Assembly (NCBI GenBank): GCA_043797445.1 | Contig: JAZDPP010000187.1 | Span: 7,228 to 71,227, forward strand | DNA length: 64,000 bases | DNA from: Pseudomonadota bacterium | GTDB taxonomy: Bacteria > Desulfobacterota > Desulfobacteria > Desulfobacterales > JAFDDL01 | Reading direction: 5' to 3' | Notes under the pieces: generated by a model | What the model saw: the letters and a program-made list of their open reading frames with translations, nothing else | Databases searched by the model: none | What the model was told of the DNA's origin: nothing | Shown: piece by piece, positions 1 through 8,988 of the stretch | Layout: every line of letters begins with the position of its first letter | Position numbering within the stretch: position 1 is the first letter of the stretch | Program-made: the position numbers and the translations under genes

Positions 1-2793
1 CACGCCATGGGATTTCTCAACCACGATCTCACCACGAATATCACCTCCTTTCATGAGCGTGCCCTCCACACCATGAGTGAACGCCTCAAGGACATACGCC
101 TTCAGCTTCTCCACCAGCCCGGATTCGGGAAGCCGGATCCCGCGCTCCTGCTGTTCCCGGAAGAGTTCGAGAGACTCCAAACCGGCCTTTTCGCCTTCAC
201 CCGCGGCGCTTTCCAGGAAAATCCCTATCAGGAAACGCCGATTTTAAGAGGCATGTTCTTCAGCAGCGGTCGTCAGGAGGGAAGTCCTTTTTCGCATTTT
301 CTCAAATCCCTTGGTCTCATCGGTGACAGGGACGTGTTGCCGGGCACCAGCAAGGGAATGTTCCTCTTCGATTTTTTCTCCAAAATCCTGCCCGGTGACC
401 GGGGACTGTTTGCGCCAACGATCCGGGCCGTTCAATGGAGCCGGCTCACCCGGAATCTGGGACTTACCGCCTGGGTGGCGATCGTGATCGCCCTTTGCGG
501 CCTTTTAAGTTTTTCCTTTGTCAAGAACCTGCGGATACTCAAAGAGTTTTCCCGTGAATTTGCCACGCCTCCGGTGATGCAGGGAGAGATGGTATCGGAT
601 GTCGTTCTCCTGGACCGCTTCAGGGAAACGATTCTTCAAATGGAAGATCGTAATCGCGGCTGGTGGATACCCCGATTCTACCTTAACGAAAGCCGGGAGG
701 TCGAAACCCGCATCAAGGAAGTCTACTGCAAACAATTCGGAGAGGGACTTCTGGCCGCCTATGACAAACGAATGGCGGAACGGATGACCGGCTTTACCCT
801 TTCAACTCCGGACGCGATTCTGGGGCAACATCTCGCGCACCTGATCCGGCGGATCAACCTGCTGAAGGGGCGGCTCGGCGGAGATGATCTGGCGGCGCTT
901 CAGGCGCGGCCCCAACCGGGATACGCGACCTTTTCCACAGATGAGAAGCACCCGTTGATGCCGGAGCTTCAAGGCCGGCTGGAGCATCTCTACCAGTACG
1001 ATCTTATCTGGGAAAAAGACCCCCGTCGCATCAACCAGGAATTAGCCTATCTTCAGACCTGGATCAAACAGCTTCTGGTCATGAAGCAAAACGACCTGTC
1101 CTGCCTCATCGCCATGGTCAACGCGGACCCGTCTCTCACCGCGGTTACAATGGCGGACTTCTGGGGAGGTGATCCCGCCCGCCAGGATTCACCTGTCATA
1201 CCGCCGGCCTTCACATTGAAAGGAAAAGAAGCGATCGATGTTTATATAAAGGAGATGGAAACCGCTATAACCGATCCTCTCGTCATCGCCGGGGCGAAAC
1301 AGGAATTTCAGAAAAATTATAAGAAAAATTATCTCGATGCCTGGGAAACCTTCGGGGCTCAGGTGCCGAACGGTATTCAGCGGCTTGCCGGAAAACCGGA
1401 TTGGCAAAAAGTGATTGACCGCATTGCCGGGGGTCAGGATCCTTATTTTTCATTTCTGGCGCGATTGAAAGACGAGATATCGCCATTTTCCGAGGATACG
1501 GATCGGGCCTGGATCGGACTGGTTGATCATTTCGATGCGGCAAGACAGGAGGCGCTGGGACAAAACGTCGTTCAAAAGACAGGGATTTTATCTCAGGCGG
1601 CCCAAAAGGGGAAAAACCTGCTGACTCAGGTCGATAAAGTCACCGGCAATAAGGACGCCTCCAAGCTGCTCGAATCCAGATTGGCGGCGGTAACCGCTCT
1701 GAAAAATTATCAAAAAGCGCTTACCGAGCTATCAAAAGCCGGCGCATCCCGAAAAGACGCCTATGACATCGCCGCAAAGGCGTTTGCCGAGGATTCGGCC
1801 AGTGCGCCTTCACCGTTTATCACGGCGGACAAATCGCTTGGCACCCTGGAGGTAACCTTCCAGGGCGCCCCCTCCAAACTGTTTTGGGATTTGGTATCCG
1901 GTCCGCGGCAGTTTCTCTGGGATTTTGTTTGCCGGGAAACCGCCTGTTACCTTGACAAGCTCTGGGAAGGAAAAGTTCTCGTCGAAATCGAGGGAATCAA
2001 CGACCTGGAAGAGATCAACGCGCTCGTTTTGGGAGAAAAAGGACCGGCTATTGACTTCGTGAAGGGACCGGCCGCGCCGTTTTTAGACCGGAACCTGAAG
2101 CGAGGGTTTTTTGCCAAAAACGTGATGGGCCGGGAAATCCCCTTTAAAGCGGATTTTCTTTCCTATTTCACCCGGGGCACCAAGGATGTCAGGGCGGCCC
2201 AGGTTGAAAAGGCGTTGGCGGAAAAGGCGGCGGCTGAAAAAGCGGCCGCCGCGAAACAGGAGCCGCCGGCGGAAGAGACACCTTCCCTGCTCAATCAAAG
2301 CGTTACCATTAAAGCAATGCCGACCGACGTAAACCCGGAAGCGAGCACCAAGCCGCGCGCCACACGGCTGGAACTTCAGTGCACGGATAAATTCATTCAA
2401 CTCATCAATCTCAATTATCCGGTACGAAAAGTTTTCGAATGGTCTTCTCAGACCTGTAACGATGTCGAGTTCACCATTGAGATCGGCGCCCTCGTGCTGA
2501 CGAAAAAATACAACGGAAATATGGGATTCCCCATGTTTCTCAACGATTTCGGCAACGGCACCCGACGCTGGTATCCAAAGGATTTTCCGGAATATGAAGC
2601 CGCACTGAAAAAAGAAAATATTCAATATATTCAGATTAATTACCAGATCGAGGGATACGAACCGATCATCACGTATTACAAGAAGGCCCTGATGGCCCAG
2701 AAAGCGGCAAAAGGGCCGAAACCGGCGCCAACGCCAAAAGCGCCGGACATACCGAAAGTACCAAGGAACGCTGCCTTATGCTGGGATCACTAA
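1..2793 (+). CDS. tssM: T6SS membrane-complex protein TssM (IcmF), C-terminal ~930 aa; 5' end is upstream of the window
   Basis: Frame is open from nt 1 with no stop before the first ATG at 7. TM segment LGLTAWVAIVIALCGLLSFSFV is followed by a long IcmF-like periplasmic region. Sits directly upstream of tagF and the tssA-tssBC block. Confidence 0.8.
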   Translation, partial: HAMGFLNHDLTTNITSFHERALHTMSERLKDIRLQLLHQPGFGKPDPALLLFPEEFERLQTGLFAFTRGAFQENPYQETPILRGMFFSSGRQEGSPFSHFLKSLGLIGDRDVLPGTSKGMFLFDFFSKILPGDRGLFAPTIRAVQWSRLTRNLGLTAWVAIVIALCGLLSFSFVKNLRILKEFSREFATPPVMQGEMVSDVVLLDRFRETILQMEDRNRGWWIPRFYLNESREVETRIKEVYCKQFGEGLLAAYDKRMAERMTGFTLSTPDAILGQHLAHLIRRINLLKGRLGGDDLAALQARPQPGYATFSTDEKHPLMPELQGRLEHLYQYDLIWEKDPRRINQELAYLQTWIKQLLVMKQNDLSCLIAMVNADPSLTAVTMADFWGGDPARQDSPVIPPAFTLKGKEAIDVYIKEMETAITDPLVIAGAKQEFQKNYKKNYLDAWETFGAQVPNGIQRLAGKPDWQKVIDRIAGGQDPYFSFLARLKDEISPFSEDTDRAWIGLVDHFDAARQEALGQNVVQKTGILSQAAQKGKNLLTQVDKVTGNKDASKLLESRLAAVTALKNYQKALTELSKAGASRKDAYDIAAKAFAEDSASAPSPFITADKSLGTLEVTFQGAPSKLFWDLVSGPRQFLWDFVCRETACYLDKLWEGKVLVEIEGINDLEEINALVLGEKGPAIDFVKGPAAPFLDRNLKRGFFAKNVMGREIPFKADFLSYFTRGTKDVRAAQVEKALAEKAAAEKAAAAKQEPPAEETPSLLNQSVTIKAMPTDVNPEASTKPRATRLELQCTDKFIQLINLNYPVRKVFEWSSQTCNDVEFTIEIGALVLTKKYNGNMGFPMFLNDFGNGTRRWYPKDFPEYEAALKKENIQYIQINYQIEGYEPIITYYKKALMAQKAAKGPKPAPTPKAPDIPKVPRNAALCWDH

Positions 2794-3545
2794 AATCCGC
2801 TCCCGCCTGGAAATGGGCCGCCTTCGGCAAACACCCCGTGGCGGGAGATTATTTTAACGCGGGACCGGATGACCCGTTTTTTCAGGCCTTTTCCGGATGG
2901 GTGGAAAACGGGTACCGCCAGGTTTGCGCCGACAGGAAGAACGCCACGGATCTTTATTCCTGGCGGTTTTGGGCCAAGGCCCATCAAAAGGATTCGTTGA
3001 TGTTCGGCGTGGGCCGGGACAGCTTCGATACCATCGGGCGCCCCTATCCGCTGATCATCATGGGAGCCGGCGTGCTTCCCGACTGGCAACGACATCTGCC
3101 GTTATTGCCTTTTGCGCTTGAAAAAACCTGGATACAGATGGAATATCTGGCAACGAAGCGGTATATTGATTTTTCCCAGCTCGAAAATGATATCCGAAGG
3201 CTTCCCGCGCCCGCCGGACAATGGTCGGAGCTTCAGAAGGAAGCGCGGCAGCGGCTGGACGCCTGCCAGCTGATCGATGATTCACGAAAGGAAATGATTC
3301 GGCAACGGGTGAGCGATCATGCCGCTGAACCGGAATTCCTGGCTCCCTTTGATGCCGCTGCCTGTCTGGACGCCGTCACGGCAGCCGGCATCTGGCATTC
3401 CGCGCTAACGGAACAAAATGGCACCGCGCCCAATGCGACTTTTCTGGGCGGCATTTTAAATGCGACTTTTCTTGCGGTCTTTCGGCGCCCCCTCATGGTG
3501 TCGGATTTTATTCGCTTATGGTCTGTCGGAACCAAAATGCCGTAA
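2778..3545 (+). CDS. tagF: T6SS-associated protein TagF (DUF2094 family)
   Basis: N-terminal AAFGKHPVAGDYF matches the TagF signature G-x-F-G-K-x-P-x-x-G-D-F. Overlaps the tssM stop by 16 nt, the usual tssM-tagF arrangement. Confidence 0.75.
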   Translation: MLGSLKSAPAWKWAAFGKHPVAGDYFNAGPDDPFFQAFSGWVENGYRQVCADRKNATDLYSWRFWAKAHQKDSLMFGVGRDSFDTIGRPYPLIIMGAGVLPDWQRHLPLLPFALEKTWIQMEYLATKRYIDFSQLENDIRRLPAPAGQWSELQKEARQRLDACQLIDDSRKEMIRQRVSDHAAEPEFLAPFDAAACLDAVTAAGIWHSALTEQNGTAPNATFLGGILNATFLAVFRRPLMVSDFIRLWSVGTKMP

Positions 3546-3592
3546 TATCCCGTAATACCCATTTTCACTAAAATAACTTAAAAGGTCTTATC

Positions 3593-4399
3593 ATGCTTAC
3601 AGCGGAACTAATCAAAACAGGCAAACTGACGGAGGCGCGTCAGCAGCTCGTTCAGGAAGTTAAAGCTGCCCCGGCCGACCTGGGCAAAAGGACAACCCTG
3701 TGTCAGGTCCTTTGTTTTTGCGGAGAGTGGGATAAAGCAGAGCGCCATCTGGACGCTATTTCCACCCAGGATCCGAAAAGAGAAACGGGGGTACAGGTTT
3801 ACCGGAATCTGATCCACGCGGAAAGGGAGCGTTTGGAGGTGCTTGCCCTTCGCCGTCGCCCCGCCTTTTTGACCGAAGCGCCCCCATGGCTCGATAGTTA
3901 CTGGTTAGCCTTGGAAAAGATGACAGCCGGGGCTTCGGAAGAAGCTGAAAATCTTTTTGATCAGGTGAATGCGCAGTGTTCCATCGTTTCAGGGACCGCA
4001 AACCAAACGCCATTTTCCGGCATCCGAAACACGGACAGCCGGTTGACCCGCTTTCTGGAAGCCTTCGTTCATGAACGGTACATCTGGATTCCCTTTGTCT
4101 CCATCAGGGAGATGACCATCTCTCCACCCAGGACACTGATGGATCTTCTCTGGGTTTCCGCAAACATCACTGCCTGGAGCGGTATCACCATGAACTGCTA
4201 TCTACCGGTGCTGTATGCCGCATCTTCCGCTCATGAAGACGAGCGCATCCGGCTCGGCCAGATGACTGACTGGCAGGCGCTTTGCGGACCCTTTGCAAAA
4301 GGTATCGGACAACAGGTGCTTCAGATCGGAGAGACGGATATGGCACTACTTGAAATTCGGGAGTTGCTGTGTAATCCGCCACAAGCGATATCATATTAG
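3593..4399 (+). CDS. tagJ: T6SS accessory protein TagJ (ImpE/SciE family)
   Basis: N-terminal TPR-like helix pair (LIKTGKLTEARQQLVQEVKAAPAD...GEWDKAERHLD). C-terminal ImpE-type segment (RYIWIPFVSIREMTISPPRTLMDLLWVSANI...RLGQMTDW). Confidence 0.75.
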   Translation: MLTAELIKTGKLTEARQQLVQEVKAAPADLGKRTTLCQVLCFCGEWDKAERHLDAISTQDPKRETGVQVYRNLIHAERERLEVLALRRRPAFLTEAPPWLDSYWLALEKMTAGASEEAENLFDQVNAQCSIVSGTANQTPFSGIRNTDSRLTRFLEAFVHERYIWIPFVSIREMTISPPRTLMDLLWVSANITAWSGITMNCYLPVLYAASSAHEDERIRLGQMTDWQALCGPFAKGIGQQVLQIGETDMALLEIRELLCNPPQAISY

Positions 4400-4429
4400 A
4401 ACTTAATACGTTGAACTCTCAACCGGGAC

Positions 4430-5785
4430 ATGACCATGACCATTGATATCCAACCCATTCTAACACCAATTCCGGGTGATAATCCGGCGGGCGAAGACCT
4501 TCGCTACACGGGGACCTATGAAGAATTAAAGGAAGCCAGAAGAGCCGATGACCCGCTGGATCGGGGGGATTGGCAGCGGGACATCAAAACGGCGGACTGG
4601 AACAAGATCATTGCCATTGCCACGGAGGCATTGAGCCATAAAACGAAAGATCTGCAAATCGCCGCTTTCCTGGTGGAGGCCTTATCCAATACCGAAGGGT
4701 TTTCCGGAATTGCCTGTGGACTCAACGTCATTACCGGTTTTTTGCTAGAGTTCTGGGAGGATGTATATCCTCAAATCGAGGAGGGAGATCTTGAATATCG
4801 AATCGGTCCCCTTGAGTTTTTAAATGAGAAACTTTGGCTGCCGATCAAACAGATTCCCCTTACGGATCGAAACACCTCCGGATACTCCTGGATGAAGTGG
4901 CAGGAATCCCGCCAGGTGGGAACCGAAAAAGACACCCGAAATCTAAACGGTGACGTGGATGAAAATAAGCGACGGGCACGGGAAGAGTTGATTGCCGAAG
5001 GAAAATTGACGGCCGAGGAATTTGACAGTGCGGTTCTTCTTTCCTCAAAGGCATTTTACCAGTCACTCGCCGAAAATGTAACGGCCTGCGTCGAAGCCTT
5101 CAAGCGGCTCGATGAAACGGTCGATGAAAAATTCGGCCGGGAGGCGCCGAGGCTGACCGAATTGAAAACATCGTTGGAGGACTGCGAACTTCTGGTTTCA
5201 AGAATTCTAAAAGAAAAAAAGATACTGGAACCCGACCCTGTTACCGAAGCCCCACGGGATGTGCCGGAAACTACACCGGTGAATGAAATTTCCGGTGCAA
5301 TTACACCCCACCCGGACGACCATCTCCCGTCCCCGGCGGTTGGAATCGGACTCCGCGTTTCAAAGAGCGCTTATCATGTGAATCGGTTGCTGGGCTCCGC
5401 TGGCATGGAGGAGGCGGTATGGCAGGAGGCGCTGTCGAAATTTAAGACCTCGGGCATCAAAGCGGCCATGGAACAGCTGCTCGGCGCCGCATGCAGCGCA
5501 CAATCCCAGCGGGAAAAAACGAACTACCGTCTCTTGATGGCCAAACTCTGTTTGAAAGCCGGCCGCTATGATCTTGCCAGGCCCATGGCGGAATCCCTCA
5601 ATACCCTGGTTGAGGAATTGCACCTTTCCCAATGGGAATCTCCCATCTGGATTGCCGATGTATTGGCCACGCTTCATCGGTGTCTTACCGCTGAAGGCGC
5701 TTCGGATGAAGATCTAACCAGGGCGAAGGAGCTGTTGACGAAACTTTGCACGCTGGATGTTACAAAGGTTCTGGAGTATAATTGA
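4430..5785 (+). CDS. tssA: T6SS protein TssA (ImpA N-terminal domain)
   Basis: ImpA_N motif ILTPIPGDNPAGEDLRYTGTYEELKEARRADDP...DW near the N-terminus. Positioned immediately before tssB. Confidence 0.85.
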   Translation: MTMTIDIQPILTPIPGDNPAGEDLRYTGTYEELKEARRADDPLDRGDWQRDIKTADWNKIIAIATEALSHKTKDLQIAAFLVEALSNTEGFSGIACGLNVITGFLLEFWEDVYPQIEEGDLEYRIGPLEFLNEKLWLPIKQIPLTDRNTSGYSWMKWQESRQVGTEKDTRNLNGDVDENKRRAREELIAEGKLTAEEFDSAVLLSSKAFYQSLAENVTACVEAFKRLDETVDEKFGREAPRLTELKTSLEDCELLVSRILKEKKILEPDPVTEAPRDVPETTPVNEISGAITPHPDDHLPSPAVGIGLRVSKSAYHVNRLLGSAGMEEAVWQEALSKFKTSGIKAAMEQLLGAACSAQSQREKTNYRLLMAKLCLKAGRYDLARPMAESLNTLVEELHLSQWESPIWIADVLATLHRCLTAEGASDEDLTRAKELLTKLCTLDVTKVLEYN

Positions 5786-5850
5786 CGTTCAAGGCCTTAT
5801 TATGAGACTTTCCGAACATTGCGTTTTGCATCATCAAAAAGGAGGATAAC

Positions 5851-6378
5851 ATGGCCAAAGAAAGTTTGCAGCATACCCTTGACCGGGTAAGAGCTCCCAG
5901 GGTCCAGATCACTTATGATGTGGAGGTGGGGGGAGCGATTGAAATGAAGGAAATTCCTTTCGTGGTCGGGGTGCTGGCGGATCTGTCCGGAAAACCCGAT
6001 GAACCGCTTCCGAAGATGAAGGAGAGGAAATTTGTTGAAATCGATCGCGACAATTTTAACAATGTACTGGCCGGCATGAAACCGAGACTCGCCTACCGAG
6101 TGGATAACAAACTCACAAATGACGGCAGTCAGCTGGCGGTGGAACTCCGGTTTAAATCCCTGGATGATTTTCATCCCGAGCAGATTGCAAAACAGGTGGA
6201 CCCTCTTCGAAAGCTTATTGATGCAAGAGGCCGGCTTTCCGAGCTTCTCAATAAACTGGACGGGAATGATAAATTGGATGAACTGCTTCAGGATATCATT
6301 TCCAGCTCGGATTCCCTGGAAAAATTAGGCAAGGAAGCCGGTGTGGATAAAAAGAAAGACGAACCCACTAAGGAATAA
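5851..6378 (+). CDS. tssB: T6SS contractile sheath small subunit TssB (VipA)
   Basis: RVQITYDVEVGGAIEMKEIPFVVGVLADLSGKP and FKSLDDFHPEQIA are classic TssB motifs. SD AAAGGAGG upstream. Confidence 0.95.
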   Translation: MAKESLQHTLDRVRAPRVQITYDVEVGGAIEMKEIPFVVGVLADLSGKPDEPLPKMKERKFVEIDRDNFNNVLAGMKPRLAYRVDNKLTNDGSQLAVELRFKSLDDFHPEQIAKQVDPLRKLIDARGRLSELLNKLDGNDKLDELLQDIISSSDSLEKLGKEAGVDKKKDEPTKE

Positions 6379-6389
6379 AGGAGGGCGAG

Positions 6390-7883
6390 ATGGCAGAGAA
6401 AGAACAACAGGTCCAACCGGAAGCTGTGCAGGCTGTGGCAGCCGGGGGAGAAACAAGCCTTCTGGACAAGATCATTTCCGATGGACGCCTTGCCCGGGAG
6501 GAGAGTCAGCGGGACTTTGCAAAAGACGTCATCGGCGAATTCGTTTCCCAGATCATGGACGGCGCCATAACGGTTTCCAAAAATACCGAAGCCATGATTA
6601 CGGCCCGGATCAGCGCCATCGATTCCCTGATCTCCGACCAGCTGAATGAAATCATGCACCATCAGGATTTTCAAAAGCTGGAGGGATCCTGGAGAGGGCT
6701 ATCCTATCTGGTGCAGCAAAGCGAAACCGGGGAGAGACTTAAACTCAGGGTTATGAATGTGTCCAAAAAAGATCTTCTCAAGGACATGGAAAAGGCGGCC
6801 GAGTTTGACCAGTCCACCCTGTTCAAGAAAGTCTACGAAGAGGAGTTCGGCATGTTCGGCGGCGCGTCCTATGGCGCCCTGATCGGAGATTACGAATTCG
6901 GAAAACATCCCCAGGATCTGTCGCTATTGGAAAAAATTTCCCAGGTCGCCGCGGCTGCCCATGCACCGTTTATATCCGCCGCCGCGCCGGAAATTTTTAA
7001 TTTTGACAGTTTTACCGAACTGGGGGAACCGCGGGACCTGACGAAAATATTTCAGAGTATCGATTATGCCAAGTGGAAATCCTTCCGGGACTCGGAGGAT
7101 TCGCGATACGTTGCCCTGGCAATGCCCCATATTCTGATGCGGCTTCCCTATGGCAAAGCCAATGTCCCGGTCGAAACCTTTGATTTTGAGGAGCGGGTGG
7201 ACGGCACCGATCATAAGAAATATCTATGGGGAAATGCCGCCTACGCGCTGGGGACCCGTCTGACCGAAGCCTTTGCCAAATACCACTGGTGCGCCGCCAT
7301 TCGGGGCGTGGAAGGCGGGGGTCTGGTTCAGGGCCTGCCCGTGCATACCTTCAGCACGGATGAGGGGGATGTCGCCCTCAAATGCCCCACCGAAATCGCC
7401 ATTACCGACAGACGGGAAAAAGAGCTCGCCGATCTCGGTTTTGTTCCGCTGGTTCATTGCAAGGGCACCGACTATGCCGCCTTTTTCAGCACACAGACGG
7501 CTAACCGGCCCAAGCTCTACAGTACCGATTCCGCTAACGCCAACGCAAGACTTTCTTCCCAGCTCCAGTATATTCTCGCGGTCTCCCGATTTGCTCATTA
7601 CTTAAAGTCCATCATGCGGGACAAGATCGGCAGTTTCATGACCCGGGCCAATGCGCAGACATTTCTAAACGCCTGGATCAATAACTACACCCTTGGCGAT
7701 GATGATGCCAGTCAGGACATGAAGGCCAAATATCCGCTTCGGGAAGCCCGGGTCGATGTCAGTGAAATACCTGGTAAAACGGGTGCATACCGTGCGGTCG
7801 CCTTTTTAAAACCCCATTACCAGCTGGACGAACTGAGCGTCTCGCTACGGCTGGTTGCGGATCTTCCCCCACCGGCAAAGTGA
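6390..7883 (+). CDS. tssC: T6SS contractile sheath large subunit TssC (VipB)
   Basis: Motifs HHQDFQKLEGSWRGL, APFISAA, RLPYG...FDFEE...LWGNAAYA and a full C-terminal domain. 11 nt after tssB. Confidence 0.95.
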   Translation: MAEKEQQVQPEAVQAVAAGGETSLLDKIISDGRLAREESQRDFAKDVIGEFVSQIMDGAITVSKNTEAMITARISAIDSLISDQLNEIMHHQDFQKLEGSWRGLSYLVQQSETGERLKLRVMNVSKKDLLKDMEKAAEFDQSTLFKKVYEEEFGMFGGASYGALIGDYEFGKHPQDLSLLEKISQVAAAAHAPFISAAAPEIFNFDSFTELGEPRDLTKIFQSIDYAKWKSFRDSEDSRYVALAMPHILMRLPYGKANVPVETFDFEERVDGTDHKKYLWGNAAYALGTRLTEAFAKYHWCAAIRGVEGGGLVQGLPVHTFSTDEGDVALKCPTEIAITDRREKELADLGFVPLVHCKGTDYAAFFSTQTANRPKLYSTDSANANARLSSQLQYILAVSRFAHYLKSIMRDKIGSFMTRANAQTFLNAWINNYTLGDDDASQDMKAKYPLREARVDVSEIPGKTGAYRAVAFLKPHYQLDELSVSLRLVADLPPPAK

Positions 7884-8029
7884 TGTGACCTTATGTTTTT
7901 TATGTCTTTTACGTAAGGAGGTGAAGAAATCAGGATCAAACAAACCCGGCAGGAAAGTGAACCGACAGGACACGTTAACGGTAATCAGACAGAGGACTCA
8001 TCGAGTCCCATAAAATTGGAGGTAGCAAT

Positions 8030-8512
8030 ATGGCACACGATATGTTTTTGAAGGTCGAAGGCATCAAAGGAGAATCCCATGATAGTGCGCATAAGGATGA
8101 AATTGATGTCCTCTCCTGGAGTTGGGGCGCCACGCAGTCAGGCACTTTCAGCGGCGGCGGCGGCGGCGGATCCGGAAAAGTAAATTTCAATGATATGAGC
8201 TTCACCAAATATGTCGATTCATCCTCGCATGCCCTGCTAAAACATGTGGCCACGGGCAAGCATATTAAAGAGGCGCTGTTGACGGTACGAAAAGCGGGGG
8301 ATAAGCCGCTGGAGTACGTCAAGCTCAAGATGACGGATTGCCTCATCTCTTCCGTGCAATCCGGCGCCAGCGGCGGCGAAGATCGGATAATGGAAAGCAT
8401 CTCGTTTAACTTTGCAGAGTTCGAGTACATCTACACGCCGCAAAAGGCGGACGGTTCAGGGGACTCCGCACTGCCGTTCAAGTTCAGTATTAAAGAAAAC
8501 ATACCTAAATGA
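8030..8512 (+). CDS. hcp: T6SS inner tube protein Hcp (TssD)
   Basis: MAHDMFLKVEGIKGESHDSAHKDEIDVLSWSWG plus a Gly-rich loop GGGGGGSGKVNFND, typical of Hcp1. Confidence 0.95.
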   Translation: MAHDMFLKVEGIKGESHDSAHKDEIDVLSWSWGATQSGTFSGGGGGGSGKVNFNDMSFTKYVDSSSHALLKHVATGKHIKEALLTVRKAGDKPLEYVKLKMTDCLISSVQSGASGGEDRIMESISFNFAEFEYIYTPQKADGSGDSALPFKFSIKENIPK

Positions 8513-8982
8513 TAGAAAAAATGGTACATGTTCAAGCCTCCATCCTGGACAGGCTCATTGATGATGAACCCGGAAATTCCCGTGATCCTGTCCAGGATCG
8601 CTTTCATATGGGGCAGATAAAGGATAAGGTTGCAAGAGATCTGGAAAATCTCCTCAATGCGAGACGTCACATTCTCACCCCCCCGGTTGCGTTCAGAGAG
8701 GTTAATAATTCCCTCTTCGTTTACGGCTTGCCGGACTATACCAGCCGAAACCCCGGAAACGTTTCGGTGAGATCGCAACTGCGTCTGGAGATTGAAAAGA
8801 CCATATCCCGGTTTGAGCCGAGATTGAAGAATGTCACCGTTCATATCGATTCCCGAATCGTCAGCAGCAGGGACCTCGGGTTCAGGATCACCGCCATCCT
8901 GGTCATCAATCCCATAACGGAACCAGTGACCTTTGACACGAGTTTTGATTTAAACAGAAGCAAATATTCTATCTTAAAGTAG
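8509..8982 (+). CDS. tssE: T6SS baseplate protein TssE (gp25-like)
   Basis: SILDRLIDDEP... and GLPDY motifs of the GPW/gp25 family. ATGA overlap with the hcp stop; an alternative ATG lies at 8521. Confidence 0.85.
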   Translation: MIEKMVHVQASILDRLIDDEPGNSRDPVQDRFHMGQIKDKVARDLENLLNARRHILTPPVAFREVNNSLFVYGLPDYTSRNPGNVSVRSQLRLEIEKTISRFEPRLKNVTVHIDSRIVSSRDLGFRITAILVINPITEPVTFDTSFDLNRSKYSILK

Positions 8983-8988
8983 ATCTTC

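Noticed and set aside
7918-8010. Possible 30-codon ORF (GTG AAG AAA TCA...) in the tssC-hcp spacer next to TAAGGAGG
   Set aside because: The GTG overlaps the SD itself, leaving zero spacing. No other support exists, so it is more likely untranslated leader sequence.
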